NCBI GenBank assembly: GCA_022448605.1
Contig: JAKVCM010000007.1
Span: 74,253 to 138,252 of the forward strand
Length of the DNA stretch: 64,000 nucleotides
Source: Puniceicoccaceae bacterium
GTDB taxonomy: Bacteria > Verrucomicrobiota > Verrucomicrobiia > Opitutales > Coraliomargaritaceae
Direction: 5' to 3'
Under the pieces are notes generated by a model. It ran no database searches. It saw only the letters and a program-made list of their open reading frames with translations, and was not told the DNA's origin. The translations under genes were made by a program, and so were the position numbers. This document shows positions 13,361 through 24,715 of the stretch, in pieces; the stretch's first letter is position 1, and every line of letters begins with the position of its first letter.

Positions 13361-16300
13361 CTATCTGCTACCTAAGTTCGGGTTCGCTTCTTGACTGTAG
13401 CTTTGAATTGAGCGCACTTCATAACCCTTTTCACGTATTGACTTGATGCCGTCGACGGCAGCGGAAGCGGCAGAGATTGTGGTCATGATGCAGATGTTGT
13501 GTTTCACGGCTTCGGTGCGAATCTCGTTCTCGTTTTGTCGAGGCACGGTGCCCTGCGGGGTGTTGATGATAAGCGAAACCTTGTTGTTCTTGATCAAATC
13601 AATCACATTCGGGCGACCCTCGCTCAAGCGGCAGACGTTTTTGACTTCGATACCATTTTGCTTGAAGAGCTTTCCAGTGCCTATTGTGGCAATGACACCA
13701 AAGCCGAGTGCACTAAGGCCCTTGGCTATTTGCACTGCACGCTCTTTGTCGGCATCTTTCACGCTAATGAAGACGTCGCCAGAATGAGGCAGTGCAGGCT
13801 TGGCAGCCATTTGTGATTTGGCGAACGCTACGCCCAGGTCTTTGTCGAGCCCCATAACCTCCCCAGTCGAGCGCATTTCCGGGCTCAGCATGATGGGTGC
13901 CCCGGGGAAGCGGTTGAAGGGAAAGACAGACTCTTTGACTGCCCAATAGGGCGGAATGATTTCTTTGGTGAAACCTAGGTCCTCCAATTTTTCACCCGCC
14001 ATAATGCGGGAGGCGAGTTTGGCGAGTGGCACGCCGATCGCTTTGGAAACAAAAGGTACGGTGCGTGATGCTCGTGGGTTGACTTCGATTATGTAAAGCT
14101 CGTCGTCTTTGATCGCGTATTGCACGTTCATAAGACCTACGACCTCGAGCTCTTTAGCGAGTGCGTAACTGGCTTGGCGTACTGTTTCCAGCATCTCATC
14201 AGAGAGTGTGTGCGGTGGCATTACCATGGCGGCATCTCCAGAGTGGACACCTGCAAATTCGACGTGTTGGAGCATGCCACCGATCACAGTGTTCTCGCCG
14301 TCGGATATACAGTCGACATCAAGTTCGTAAGCGTCTTCGAGGAATTTATCGAGTAGCACAGGGGTGCCTGGTGCGACATCAAAAACTTCGCGCACGATTT
14401 TCTTCATTTCGTCCATATCATAGACTATGAACATACCGCGACCCCCAAGAACGAAGGATGGGCGAAGAAGGATAGGGAAGCCGATTTCTCTGGCACGCTC
14501 GTAAGCTTCTTCGAGGGAATTCGCTATGCGGTTTTCTGGCTGTTTTAAGCCGACGCGGTCGAGGATATCTCGGAAGAGATTACGGTCTTCCGCAGCATCA
14601 ATCATGGAAGGCGAGGTACCAATTATGTTGACACCGTGTGCTTCAAGTTCGCTTGCGAGGTTAAGCGGTGTCTGGCCGCCGAATTGTACGATCACACCGT
14701 CACACTTTGATTGATAGTAGATTTCTAAGACGTCCTCAAGTGAGAGCGGTTCAAAGAAAAGTTTATCCGATGTGTCATAGTCGGTTGAGACGGTTTCTGG
14801 ATTTGAGTTGACCATGATCGTCTCGTAGCCTGCATCGCGTAATGCGAAAGAGGCGTGGACGCAGCAGTAGTCGAACTCGATACCTTGCCCAATTCGGTTA
14901 GGCCCACCGCCAAGAATCATGATCTTCTTCTTTTTGGAAACTGAGATCTCGTTTTCCGAGCCATAGGACGAATAGTAATATGGGGTGAAAGCTTCAAATT
15001 CAGCTGCACAGGTGTCGACTAGGCGGAAGTCAGTTATCAAACCGAGCTTTTCGCGGTGTTTACGCACAGACTGCCGATTGGAGAGGCATAAGTCTGCGAT
15101 TAGGGCATCGCTAAAGCCAGCCTCTTTCGCCGTCTTCATCAGTTCTACCTTGAACTTTTCGAGGCTGCTCTTCCTTAGGTCGAGCTCGATTTCTACCAGT
15201 TGACGTAGCTGATCGATGAACCACGGGTCAAGCGCGCAGAGGTCAAAAATCTCCTCGTCAGTCATGCCGTTAAGGAGCGCATGTCGTAGCCAAAAGACTC
15301 GCTCGCAAGAAGGAATCGAGATACCTTGGCGTATGGACTGCATGTCTGTGATTTTTTCGGCAAACTTCGCTGGACCGACAAAGCCCTTCGCGCCGATTTC
15401 GAGCGAGCGGAGTGCTTTTTGGAAGGATTCTTTAAAAGTGCGCCCGATGGCCATGGCTTCGCCCACGGATTTCATCGCAGAAGTCAAGGTCGTGTCGGCA
15501 CCGATAAATTTCTCAAAAGTGAAACGCGGGATTTTTGTCACTACGTAGTCAATGGTCGGCTCAAAGCTGGCAGGAGTCTCACGTGTAATATCGTTTTGCA
15601 ACTCATCAAGACTGTAGCCGACTGCGAGCTTTGCTGCGATTTTTGCGATAGGGAAACCAGTCGCCTTTGATGCCAGCGCAGAACTGCGAGAGACGCGAGG
15701 GTTCATCTCGATTACGACCATTCGACCGTTGGCTGGATTGACGGAAAACTGGATATTAGAGCCGCCGGTTTCGACACCGACTTCGCGGATACAGGCAAAA
15801 GACGCATCGCGCATAAGTTGGTATTCTTTGTCGGTTAAAGTCATGGCGGGAGCCACAGTGATGGAGTCACCTGTGTGGACGCCCATGGGGTCAAAATTTT
15901 CTATCGAACAGATGACCACGCACTGATCCTTGTGGTCGCGCATGACTTCCATTTCGTATTCCTTCCATCCAAGTAAACACTCCTCGACCAGCACCTCAGT
16001 TGTCGGAGACATATCGAGGCCGTTCTGCACCATCTTCTCATATTCCTCGCGATTGTAGGCGATTCCGCCCCCGGAGCCACCAAGTGTGAAACTGGGGCGA
16101 ATGATTATGGGAAAGTCGCCAATCAAATCGTCTGCAGCTTCGAGCGCAGCTGCCAGAGTTGTTATGGTCGCCGACTTTGCAACATCGAGGCCAATCTTGA
16201 GCATGGCCTGTTTGAAAGTATCGCGTGCTTCGCCTTTTATAATGGCCTCAGGTTTCGCGCCGATCATTTCAACGCCGTATTTTTCGAGGATGCCCTCATC

Positions 16301-16609
16301 GTGAAGATTCATCGAAAGATTGAGCCCAGTTTGCCCGCCTAGAGTCGGAAGGAGTGCATCTGGCATTTCTTTTAGAATGATTTTCTCTAGCGCGTCGACT
16401 GTAAGTGGCTCTATGTAAGTAACATCAGCGAACTCTGGGTCAGTCATTATGGTCGCTGGGTTGCTGTTGACGAGGATGACCTGGTAGCCCTCTTCACGCA
16501 GCGCCTTGCAAGCTTGGGTGCCAGAATAGTCGAATTCACAGGCTTGCCCAATCACGATCGGGCCCGAACCAATGATGAGAATCTTTTGAATATCAGTGCG
16601 TTTTGGCAT
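13361..16609 (-). CDS. carB: Carbamoyl-phosphate synthase large subunit
   Basis: [30 protein letters not shown], duplicated ATP-grasp domains, MGS C-terminus. Start trimmed to 16609. Confidence 0.99.
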   Translation of the reverse strand: MPKRTDIQKILIIGSGPIVIGQACEFDYSGTQACKALREEGYQVILVNSNPATIMTDPEFADVTYIEPLTVDALEKIILKEMPDALLPTLGGQTGLNLSMNLHDEGILEKYGVEMIGAKPEAIIKGEARDTFKQAMLKIGLDVAKSATITTLAAALEAADDLIGDFPIIIRPSFTLGGSGGGIAYNREEYEKMVQNGLDMSPTTEVLVEECLLGWKEYEMEVMRDHKDQCVVICSIENFDPMGVHTGDSITVAPAMTLTDKEYQLMRDASFACIREVGVETGGSNIQFSVNPANGRMVVIEMNPRVSRSSALASKATGFPIAKIAAKLAVGYSLDELQNDITRETPASFEPTIDYVVTKIPRFTFEKFIGADTTLTSAMKSVGEAMAIGRTFKESFQKALRSLEIGAKGFVGPAKFAEKITDMQSIRQGISIPSCERVFWLRHALLNGMTDEEIFDLCALDPWFIDQLRQLVEIELDLRKSSLEKFKVELMKTAKEAGFSDALIADLCLSNRQSVRKHREKLGLITDFRLVDTCAAEFEAFTPYYYSSYGSENEISVSKKKKIMILGGGPNRIGQGIEFDYCCVHASFALRDAGYETIMVNSNPETVSTDYDTSDKLFFEPLSLEDVLEIYYQSKCDGVIVQFGGQTPLNLASELEAHGVNIIGTSPSMIDAAEDRNLFRDILDRVGLKQPENRIANSLEEAYERAREIGFPILLRPSFVLGGRGMFIVYDMDEMKKIVREVFDVAPGTPVLLDKFLEDAYELDVDCISDGENTVIGGMLQHVEFAGVHSGDAAMVMPPHTLSDEMLETVRQASYALAKELEVVGLMNVQYAIKDDELYIIEVNPRASRTVPFVSKAIGVPLAKLASRIMAGEKLEDLGFTKEIIPPYWAVKESVFPFNRFPGAPIMLSPEMRSTGEVMGLDKDLGVAFAKSQMAAKPALPHSGDVFISVKDADKERAVQIAKGLSALGFGVIATIGTGKLFKQNGIEVKNVCRLSEGRPNVIDLIKNNKVSLIINTPQGTVPRQNENEIRTEAVKHNICIMTTISAASAAVDGIKSIREKGYEVRSIQSYSQEANPNLGSR

Positions 16610-16741
16610 AAAATTGCCGAAAGGCTGTTTTTTTTGAACTCCCATGCAAGCATGAAGAACTCCATGAAAGGAAGATAAAAGGAACGATTTTTCTCATCGT
16701 AATTAAGCCTTTTGTCCGTATTGTAAGGGACTAACAAATTT

Positions 16742-18343
16742 ATGACTCAAAATAAGAAACCCGTTTTGATCGTTGCACTAGTTTTAGCCGCGCTGATCGT
16801 TATTCCACTTCTTTTACTTCTGATCATACGAATCGGCGGTTCCGTAAGCTCAGAAATCGGCGGAGTTAGCATTACTGTAAGTCAAAACGAGACCGACATC
16901 GCCGATTTTGACCTTCTTCAACTCGCCGAAAAAGCGGATAAATTAGTCGAACAAGATATCGTCAAAGCGCTGCGAGAGGGTGATGTATCGCTCGATTTTA
17001 TGTCTGAGCTCAAACGCAATGCGAAGAAGGGCAGAGATGCTATGGGCAAGGGCAAGCCAGACCACGCAGCCAAATATTACTCCCGAGTTGTTCAAGCAGC
17101 CGAGTCCCAACTAGCTACGCTCGCGCTGGTCGAAAAAGCTCGCGCCCTAAATGACAAGGTTTACTCAGAACTACAGCGCCTCGACTACCTAAAATCTTCC
17201 TTCGAAAATACTTACCGCGAAGCTGTCGAGACCTATGATAGTGCACTCCGCGCGCTCAATGCGGCTGAGTATCAAGTCGCCATCGGCGACTTTGAGATGA
17301 CAGGCACAATTCTTGTTGATATGGAAGCCCGAGCCATTCAGCAAATAGCTGATCTGCTAGAGGCTGCGGCTAAGGCTATGGAGATTTACAAGCTTGCTGG
17401 CGCACGCACTGCTTTCGAGTCTGTTCTCGATCTCGATAGGGCGAATGCGGCTGCAGCGCATGGCCTAGTCATGGTGGCTGCGCTCGAAGGTATCGCTGAA
17501 GAGGTCAAAGTTATTCGTGCACTTGAAGCCAGTGGCGACCTTGAGGGCGCGCTCGACGCGTTCGAGCGTTTGGAAACTGAAGATCAACATAATCCCTTCA
17601 TTTGCAACCAACGCGCCTCACTGGAAGCTCGCATAATTGAGCGGGATTTCAAGGCACTCGTCGATAGGTCTGTTCAAGCCGAACAAGCAGGCGACCTCGG
17701 CGCAGCGGTCGTCTCCCTTGAGGCTGCGTTGCAGATGAAGTCATCCCCCGAGGAACAAGCTCGCCTTGCCGTAATCAAAGAAAAATATAAGGTAATACGC
17801 TTAGAAACCCTCTTCGCCGATGGTTTCGACGCTTTGAGGTCTGGCCGCTACGAAGTAGCTCGTAATTTCTACAAAGAAGCCCTTGCGCTCGCGCCCGATT
17901 CTGAAGAGGCCCGCGCAGGGCTCGAAAAAGCCTCTAGCCTCTACCTTGCTAATATACGTTACGGTCAAAGTCTAGCCGCAGCCACGAAACAGATTAAAGA
18001 CGGGCGTTTCCCGATTGCCGCAAAACTTTTTAATGAGGCTATGGCCAGCCGACCTAGCACTGTCATACCTAGTCTGCAAGCCGATGAAGCTCGCATACGC
18101 GCTGCGCTCGCCGCCCAGTCGAACGAAGTTGAGGTGACTATAGAGTCTGATAAGCGCACCTACGTCAGTATGATCGGTGTTCTGCCACCCAATCGATTCA
18201 GGGAAGAAAAATTGAAACTCTTTCCTGATGTCTACAAAGTCCGTGGTAGTCGTTCTGGATACGAAAGTGTCGAGATCGACCTAAAGGTTGATGCCACCAA
18301 GCCTAATCCAAAGATTACCGTCAAATGCAGCGAAAAGCTATAG
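16742..18343 (+). CDS. Membrane-anchored TPR/helical protein with C-terminal PEGA-like beta domain
   Basis: N-terminal TM, TPR-like repeats (YKEALALAPDSEEARAGL), C-terminal VTIESD...LKLFPDVYKVRGSRSGYESVEIDLKV. Confidence 0.65.
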   Translation: MTQNKKPVLIVALVLAALIVIPLLLLLIIRIGGSVSSEIGGVSITVSQNETDIADFDLLQLAEKADKLVEQDIVKALREGDVSLDFMSELKRNAKKGRDAMGKGKPDHAAKYYSRVVQAAESQLATLALVEKARALNDKVYSELQRLDYLKSSFENTYREAVETYDSALRALNAAEYQVAIGDFEMTGTILVDMEARAIQQIADLLEAAAKAMEIYKLAGARTAFESVLDLDRANAAAAHGLVMVAALEGIAEEVKVIRALEASGDLEGALDAFERLETEDQHNPFICNQRASLEARIIERDFKALVDRSVQAEQAGDLGAAVVSLEAALQMKSSPEEQARLAVIKEKYKVIRLETLFADGFDALRSGRYEVARNFYKEALALAPDSEEARAGLEKASSLYLANIRYGQSLAAATKQIKDGRFPIAAKLFNEAMASRPSTVIPSLQADEARIRAALAAQSNEVEVTIESDKRTYVSMIGVLPPNRFREEKLKLFPDVYKVRGSRSGYESVEIDLKVDATKPNPKITVKCSEKL

Positions 18344-18459
18344 CTGCTTTATTGACTTCTAGCCAGAGTAGTGGGGCGATAAACTCGTTTCGCCCGTCAG
18401 CCCGGGCGGCACAGCTATTTCAAAAAACTGCGCGCTTCCCTGATAATCGAAAGTCTCTG

Positions 18460-19104
18460 TTGAAGTTTTGGATCTCTACTTTTGTGTACCTCTGTTCTGC
18501 TATTTCCCTTTTTGCTAAGCCCGATCCAGATCTCTTCGACGGTCGCTTGACTACGCGCAGCTATGACTCGGAATCTGGATCGACCGCGGGCTCACCCGAT
18601 CCCGGCAGTGGCATTGAGGGGGGCGAACAACGAGGTATAGAGAGTGTCGGCGGCACGGACGGTGGTGAAGTAGCTGGAAGCACTAGTTCAAAAGATAGTT
18701 CAACCAGTGAAGGCGGTAGAGAAAGTAGCGGCAGCGCCGCAACGCAAGCTTCAGACTCAACAGCTAGCGGTGAAGATAAGGCTGGCTCGGCAGGGGGTGG
18801 TTACGATGGTAGACTAAGGGCCAAAACATCCTATACCCAATCAGGCAATTCTGGTTTCGGCGGTCAGGAAACACGCAATTTTGAAGACTTTGGTTTTGGT
18901 GGTGTAGGCGCGCAAGAGACGATCAAGGTCAATCGATCTAAAGAAAGCACTAGTTCAGCTAGCTTATTATCTGAAAAAAGGACCCTAGCTCCCGGGGTAA
19001 ACGACTATACCTCTGCAGCAGGTCAAAAAGCCAGCGGTGGCTCGCAAGGTGGGAATGGCAGCCTAGGAGGTGACCATGGCACTAACTTGCCGAGTGGACT
19101 ATGA
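18460..19104 (+). CDS. Secreted Gly/Ser-rich low-complexity protein
   Basis: Likely TTG start at 18460 giving signal peptide MKFWISTFVYLCSAISLFA, then KPDPDLFDG and a long G/S-rich region. Confidence 0.6.
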   Translation: MKFWISTFVYLCSAISLFAKPDPDLFDGRLTTRSYDSESGSTAGSPDPGSGIEGGEQRGIESVGGTDGGEVAGSTSSKDSSTSEGGRESSGSAATQASDSTASGEDKAGSAGGGYDGRLRAKTSYTQSGNSGFGGQETRNFEDFGFGGVGAQETIKVNRSKESTSSASLLSEKRTLAPGVNDYTSAAGQKASGGSQGGNGSLGGDHGTNLPSGL

Positions 19105-19649
19105 GCTCGTGTATGCATAACTCATTAGCGTGCGAGTCGAATGCCCTTTGGGTGCTTACTCGCGCTATCTTAAGACTAAGATCGCTCGGGCGCGTGCGAG
19201 CACTTGCGTTATTGTTTTTTGTTCTCCCAGCACTACTACAAGCAAGGCCCATCCGCGTGATTGATGAAGCCGCGATTCCATTTGCGGGTTTTTTGTCCAA
19301 GGTAGACTTCGACCAACGCTATCCTGGTGATTTATTCGACGATTCCGCCAAGATCGACACTGGATGGTATGTTATCTACGAGCACGAATCGCTTAATTAT
19401 TATTTCGGACCCATCCTACTCGAATCGATTGGCAAAGACTATCTCGACCAACTCTCAGAGATTGTCGAGGTCGCCGTCATGCAACGTCCTTCTATTCAAG
19501 ATTACCGCTTAGAGCTTAGCTATGAACCAAACGCTTCGAGTTTCGAGAGTAAGAGCACTGAGCCCTCCACTCAGGATCCTTTGCCCCCTCAAGCTCCCTC
19601 CAAGCCTAGTTTTTGGAGCTTCGTTAAAAAGCTTTTTGGCTACCGCTGA
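19101..19649 (+). CDS. Hypothetical exported protein
   Basis: ATGA overlap with the previous stop. Signal-like LALLFFVLPALLQA, core GWYVIYEHESLNYYFGP, Pro-rich linker, amphipathic C-terminus FWSFVKKLFG. Confidence 0.6.
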   Translation: MSSCMHNSLACESNALWVLTRAILRLRSLGRVRALALLFFVLPALLQARPIRVIDEAAIPFAGFLSKVDFDQRYPGDLFDDSAKIDTGWYVIYEHESLNYYFGPILLESIGKDYLDQLSEIVEVAVMQRPSIQDYRLELSYEPNASSFESKSTEPSTQDPLPPQAPSKPSFWSFVKKLFGYR

Positions 19650-19699
19650 TTCGTAGATCTTGCTTCGAATTGATCCCCAGTATATTAAATACGTGCGAT

Positions 19700-21484
19700 T
19701 TATTCAGACTTAATTAAGATTTCTTTCGCGGAAAGGCCTTGTTTAATCATCGGTAAAACGTGCTCGGTGTAGGGCACGACTATCTCGAGAACATAAGGGC
19801 CATCGTGAGCGATCATTTCTTCGATCGCACCACGTAGTTCCTCGCGCTTGACCACACGCTTACCAGCTACGCCAAAACCCTCGGAGATTTTTATGAAGTC
19901 TGGATAGATGGCATCGACGTTGTCGGGGCCACCGATGTTGTCCTTGTCACAAAGAATGGTCTGGCCGCGAACACTTTCGTAAAGGAGGTCCTCCCACTGA
20001 ACCACCATGCCGAGGTGCTGGTTGTTGAGGATGATAGTCTTTGCATTAATTTTTTCGATCTTCGCGGTGGCCAGTTCCTGAATGTTCATCATGAAACAAC
20101 CGTCACCATCGATATTGACAACGAGCTTATCTGGACGAGCAACCTTGGCACCAATCGCGGCAGGTAGGCCAAAACCCATCGTACCGAGGCCAAGTGAGCT
20201 AATGTAAGTGCGTGGCTCGCGGAACTTAAAAAATTGTGCCGCCCACATTTGGTGTTGCCCAACGCCAGTCGTAATGATGGCGTCGCCCTTCGTGACATCG
20301 TAGAGCGTTTCGATGGCTTCTTGCTGAGTTATGTGGCCCGTCTTATCGTAGGAAAATGGGTATTCTTTTTTCCAGCCTTCAATCGTTGCATTCCATTTAC
20401 TGATCTTGGGCTTTTTGAATTTTCCTTTTTTAGCCAGCTCGGTCATACGCTTGAGCGCGTATTTAACATCCGAATGGATAGGGTGTTTGACGCGCTTATT
20501 TTTATTATGCTCGGAAACGTCGATGTCGATGTGGACAATTTCTGCGTCAGGTGCGAATTTGGAGACTAAACCTGTGATACGGTCGTCGAAACGAGCGCCT
20601 GCGCAAACGAGGATGTCGCTATCGCAGACAGCCCAGTTGCCGGCAACTGTACCATGCATGCCGAACCAGTACAGCGATTGAGGGTGCTCTGCGTCGAAGG
20701 CGCCGAGCCCCATAAGGGTGGAGGCGACAGGCAGGCCAGTGATTTCGGCAAACTCGCGCAACTCAAGGTGCGCCTCGGCAGATATAATACCACCACCGAT
20801 GTAAAGTACTGGGCGTTCAGCGTCACTGATCAAGTCGAGCACCTTGAGGAGTTCCTCGTCCGTCGCTTCAGGCTTGGTCGATTTAATTTTGTAGCCTGGG
20901 ATGTCGATCTGAGCGGGAAAAGTGGGCTCGAACATGGCTTGCTGCACATCCTTCGGTATATCAATCACAACAGGGCCGGGACGACCAGTTTGCGCAATAT
21001 GGAAAGCTTCTTTGACCACGCGGGGGAGGTCTTCCTTGTCGAGAACAAGGAAGCTGTGTTTTACGATAGGCAGCGTCATGCCGAAAAAGTCGGTCTCCTG
21101 GAAAGCAGTTTTACCGATAAACTGCTGGTAAACTTGACCAGTTATCGCGATCAGCGGAATGCTGTCCATGTATGCATCTGCAATACAGGTCACGAGATTA
21201 GTCGCGCCGGGGCCAGAGGTCGCCATGCAGACGCTGGCTTGACCAGTAACACGCGCATGCCCATGTGCCATAAAGCCCCCACCTTGCTCAAAGCGAGGAA
21301 GGATGGTTCGGATCTTTTCGCTCTTAGTCAGGGCTTGGTGCAGTTCCATCGAAGCGCCGCCGGGGTATGCATAGACCACATCCACTCCCTCGCGCTCAAG
21401 AGAGGCGACCAAGGCATCAGCACCCTTCATTTCGGGGCCAATTTCGTCCTGTTCAGGAAAGTCGATTGCTTTATCGGTTTTCAT
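19700..21484 (-). CDS. ilvB: Acetolactate synthase large subunit
   Basis: [35 protein letters not shown]-binding GDG...NN. Confidence 0.97.
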   Translation of the reverse strand: MKTDKAIDFPEQDEIGPEMKGADALVASLEREGVDVVYAYPGGASMELHQALTKSEKIRTILPRFEQGGGFMAHGHARVTGQASVCMATSGPGATNLVTCIADAYMDSIPLIAITGQVYQQFIGKTAFQETDFFGMTLPIVKHSFLVLDKEDLPRVVKEAFHIAQTGRPGPVVIDIPKDVQQAMFEPTFPAQIDIPGYKIKSTKPEATDEELLKVLDLISDAERPVLYIGGGIISAEAHLELREFAEITGLPVASTLMGLGAFDAEHPQSLYWFGMHGTVAGNWAVCDSDILVCAGARFDDRITGLVSKFAPDAEIVHIDIDVSEHNKNKRVKHPIHSDVKYALKRMTELAKKGKFKKPKISKWNATIEGWKKEYPFSYDKTGHITQQEAIETLYDVTKGDAIITTGVGQHQMWAAQFFKFREPRTYISSLGLGTMGFGLPAAIGAKVARPDKLVVNIDGDGCFMMNIQELATAKIEKINAKTIILNNQHLGMVVQWEDLLYESVRGQTILCDKDNIGGPDNVDAIYPDFIKISEGFGVAGKRVVKREELRGAIEEMIAHDGPYVLEIVVPYTEHVLPMIKQGLSAKEILIKSE

Positions 21485-21760
21485 CGTGTGTGTGGTTTTT
21501 TATGTGTTTCAAGTAGGTTTGGGACCGCGCCCAAGCGGAAGGGCTAGGAAGAAGACAGTAAAACGCCCCTAAATCAAGCATGTAAGCACCCTTTATCGCG
21601 GTGCGCTTCTAGAGATTGAAGTCAGCTTCAGGCTGCTACCGCGATGTCTGCATAACGTGTTATCAATAGCTTTGTTTGATCAAGATGGGTTTTTAATTTC
21701 AAAATTTATCTCCGATAAGTTGGCTTGCACGATTCAGGCCTCTCTTCATACCATTGAAAT

Positions 21761-22543
21761 ATGCCAAAAATTTTATTTTTAGGAGACATTGTCGGGCGTC
21801 CTGGCCGCAATTTTGTAGTCGAGCGTCTTACTTTGCTGCGCGAGGAGCTAGGCGCGGACATTGTGATCGCCAATGCTGAAAACTCTGCGGGCGGAGCAGG
21901 TATCACTAAAAAAATCGCTGACCAGTTGATCGCAGCCGGCGTTGACGCCGTCACGCTGGGTGATCACGTCTGGGATCAGAAAAAATTTGAAAATGAAATC
22001 GACGGGCTGGATCAGGTATGCCGCCCCGCTAATTTGCCCGAGCAAAACCCCGGGCGCAGTCACTTGATTGTTGAAAAAGATGGCTTTCGCCTCGCCATCT
22101 TGACCGTGCTTGGGCGCAACTATCTGACACTTAAGTCCAGCTGTCCCTTCCTTATGGCTGACGCCAAGCTGGCTGAGCTTGACTCGCAGTGTGACGCTGT
22201 CTTCGTCGAAGTTCATATGGAGGCAACTTCCGAGAAGATTGCCTTAGGCTGGCACCTTGACGGCCGTGCCGCCGCAGTTGTTGGCACTCATACACATGTC
22301 CCGACGGCTGATGGCCGTGTTTTACCCAGAGGAACTGCTTATTTGAGCGATGTGGGCATGTGTGGTCCCTATGCCTCCGTCCTTGGACGCGATGTCGGGC
22401 AAGTTGTGGCTACCTTCCTTGATGGCATGAAGCGCCGTTTTTCCGTAGCGGAGGACGATGTGCGTATTTCTGGTTGTCTAATCGAGATTGATCCCTCTAC
22501 AGGACTGAGTTTAAGCATCAAAAGAGTAGAACTTGCAAAATAG
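21761..22543 (+). CDS. ymdB: YmdB/TIGR00282 family metallophosphoesterase
   Basis: [52 protein letters not shown]. Confidence 0.92.
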   Translation: MPKILFLGDIVGRPGRNFVVERLTLLREELGADIVIANAENSAGGAGITKKIADQLIAAGVDAVTLGDHVWDQKKFENEIDGLDQVCRPANLPEQNPGRSHLIVEKDGFRLAILTVLGRNYLTLKSSCPFLMADAKLAELDSQCDAVFVEVHMEATSEKIALGWHLDGRAAAVVGTHTHVPTADGRVLPRGTAYLSDVGMCGPYASVLGRDVGQVVATFLDGMKRRFSVAEDDVRISGCLIEIDPSTGLSLSIKRVELAK

Positions 22544-22602
22544 TCAGCCACGTGCACGTTGGCTAAATAATTTCTATAATCGCTAAAACCGTAAATTTAG
22601 TA

Positions 22603-22953
22603 ATGAAAACTCTACTAATTACGATTATCCTTTTTGCTGCGACTTTAACGGCCAATGCACATTGCGGTGGCTGTGGCACCAGCGATAAAGGACCTTCCCA
22701 AGATGAAGCAGCTAAGAGTTGTTGCTCCGAATCTGGCTCATGCCGCTCTGAAAAAAAAGCATCTTCCGGCGATAAGAAGTCCTGTGACACCAAAGAAAAA
22801 TCTTGCTGTGATACTTGCGGCGGTGACAAGGATAGCTCGGCAGATAAGGATGGCGACGACAAAAAATCTTGCGGCGCAAGCGAAGCAGCTTCTTCGGCTG
22901 CGAAGTCCACAATCCCTATGCCGAAAATGTCTTGCTACCTTACAGACGAGTAA
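22603..22953 (+). CDS. Small secreted Cys-rich protein
   Basis: Signal peptide ending TANA. 11 Cys in KSC/KSCC/CxxC motifs within a polar low-complexity sequence. Confidence 0.7.
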   Translation: MKTLLITIILFAATLTANAHCGGCGTSDKGPSQDEAAKSCCSESGSCRSEKKASSGDKKSCDTKEKSCCDTCGGDKDSSADKDGDDKKSCGASEAASSAAKSTIPMPKMSCYLTDE

Positions 22954-23060
22954 AAGAAAAAATTGATTTTCAGCAAGCTTCGTAGCCTGATAGCTCCGAG
23001 GCTTTCCCGTTTTTAGTGTGCGTTGAAATGTTCTCAGAGTGCTCAGGTAGTGAAGTGTCT

Positions 23061-24395
23061 CTATTTTGAGACTGCCGCTTCGATGCAGTTAGTTAGCGAA
23101 ATGCCATCGCGGTAATTACCTGCAAGTTTGAGCCCAACAAATTTTTTCTCTATCGCCTCCATTTGCGCGAGCACTTTTCCGTATCCAAGATTATACTGCG
23201 GGATCGCGCGGGGCCAATGCTTGTGGTAACTAAATGTAGGCTCACCAGTCGTGCCAAATAATTCGTTTATTTCAGGTAGGACGGTCTTAAGTAGAGTATC
23301 TTTATCAGGAACGGCGAGTTCAGCTTGGCGTTCGCCACCAACAAATACAGTCAGTAACACCTCGCCTGCGGGCGCGCGACCAGCAAAGAGACTTGCAGGA
23401 AAAAGTACGCCGAGAATTTTCCGTCCTTCACATTCAGGCACAAGCATGCCAAAACCATTGAGTGTTCTGGTGATGTCGCTCTGCTTAAAGGCGACAGTCA
23501 ATACGGATACAGGTGAGTAGTCGATCGCTAGGAGCGGTTGAAGCGCTTTTTGAAGCGATACATTGAACGGCAATTTATCAAGAGCGTGTATCGGTGTTGT
23601 TAGCAGAACTTCGTCGTAAATATGGGTTTTTCCATTCCAATCGACTCGCCAGCCAGCTCCAATTTTTTGTATTGAACTTATGGATACGTTGGTATGTACT
23701 GATTCTCCTAGAGCAGCTACGAGCAATTGAGGCAGTTCTGCTAGGCCATTTTTAAAAGAGATGATCTGCTTTTTCACCTTGGGTGCATTACTGTTACGAT
23801 CTGCGCGCATAATTGAGATCGAACCACGCAAAATACCGCCATATTTTTGCTCTAGAGCATATAACTTAGGGAATGCGTAGCGCAATGAAAGTCGCTCGGG
23901 TTCCCCCGCGTAGATACCGCCGATTAGAGGATTAATTCCGTATCGGTAGATGTCGTGTCCAAAGCGACGCCGCGCAAAGTCGGCGACGCTCTCCTCTTTC
24001 TTGGGGCAGATTGGAGCGATGAATGGCTCTTTGAGGGCACGTAGTTTGCCGCTGAAAGACCAGAGCGGGGTGGTGATTGCCGAGAGCAGTCCCCTCGGCA
24101 CACCCATGGGCTTTCCGTTCCTTAGTATGAAGCGTCTTTTCGAGTTGTTCGTAGCCGCCACGACCCGATCTTGGTAGCCTGGTATACTCCTCAAGAAATT
24201 GTCCACTTCAGAGCTGTTGACCTGGATTGAGTTAGGTCCTTCCTCTGCGAGGTAATCACCCGCGCGGTGGCTCTGGATCGAACCGCCGAACTGATCGGAT
24301 GTTTCTAGTATGTCGCAGTTCTGACCGCCTTGTTCTAACTGCCAAGCTCGGGCAAGAGCTGTTAAACCAGATCCAATGATGCAGATTTTAATCAC
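23061..24395 (-). CDS. hemG: Protoporphyrinogen/coproporphyrinogen oxidase (HemY/HemG flavoprotein)
   Basis: IIGSGLTAL, EEGPNS, GIYAG, GFGMLVP, WPRAIPQY, LAGNYRDGIS. Confidence 0.92.
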   Translation of the reverse strand: MIKICIIGSGLTALARAWQLEQGGQNCDILETSDQFGGSIQSHRAGDYLAEEGPNSIQVNSSEVDNFLRSIPGYQDRVVAATNNSKRRFILRNGKPMGVPRGLLSAITTPLWSFSGKLRALKEPFIAPICPKKEESVADFARRRFGHDIYRYGINPLIGGIYAGEPERLSLRYAFPKLYALEQKYGGILRGSISIMRADRNSNAPKVKKQIISFKNGLAELPQLLVAALGESVHTNVSISSIQKIGAGWRVDWNGKTHIYDEVLLTTPIHALDKLPFNVSLQKALQPLLAIDYSPVSVLTVAFKQSDITRTLNGFGMLVPECEGRKILGVLFPASLFAGRAPAGEVLLTVFVGGERQAELAVPDKDTLLKTVLPEINELFGTTGEPTFSYHKHWPRAIPQYNLGYGKVLAQMEAIEKKFVGLKLAGNYRDGISLTNCIEAAVSK

Positions 24396-24715
24396 GATTG
24401 CCTCATTTCGTTTTGACGTGAATTGGTTTGCTGCGCGTCTAGTTTCTTCGCTTCGCTTGGAACAGTTTTATAAATTTGCCCACTCTGATTCATCGAGTCA
24501 ATGAACTGATTATAGTTTAAATGTGCAAATTGAAAATCTTGCCGATTCGAAGCGAATGACCACATTTAATAGACTTAAATGCATGGACTAATTTTGCCAG
24601 TCGAAGCTATGAAGGTGTTGCAGAGATTGATTTCATGTAGGAGTGATCCTCCATCAGTGAATTGCCCTGCGGAGATTGCTTGCCAGTCGCTCCCTTATTC
24701 TTTGAAACTCTACAG

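Noticed and set aside
20654-21547. 297-aa plus-strand ORF
   Set aside because: Antisense shadow of ilvB with no recognisable motifs. The same applies to the many short antisense ORFs over carB, eno, purD and lepA.
21485-21600. Attenuator leader upstream of ilvB
   Set aside because: A small hairpin (TTGGG/CCCAA) is present, but no Ile/Leu/Val-rich leader peptide or U-tract terminator.
24392-24570. Short minus-strand frame (…NYNQFIDSMNQSGQIYKTVP…RQS*) whose stop overlaps the hemG start
   Set aside because: Could be a gene remnant, but I recognise no family and cannot support a call.
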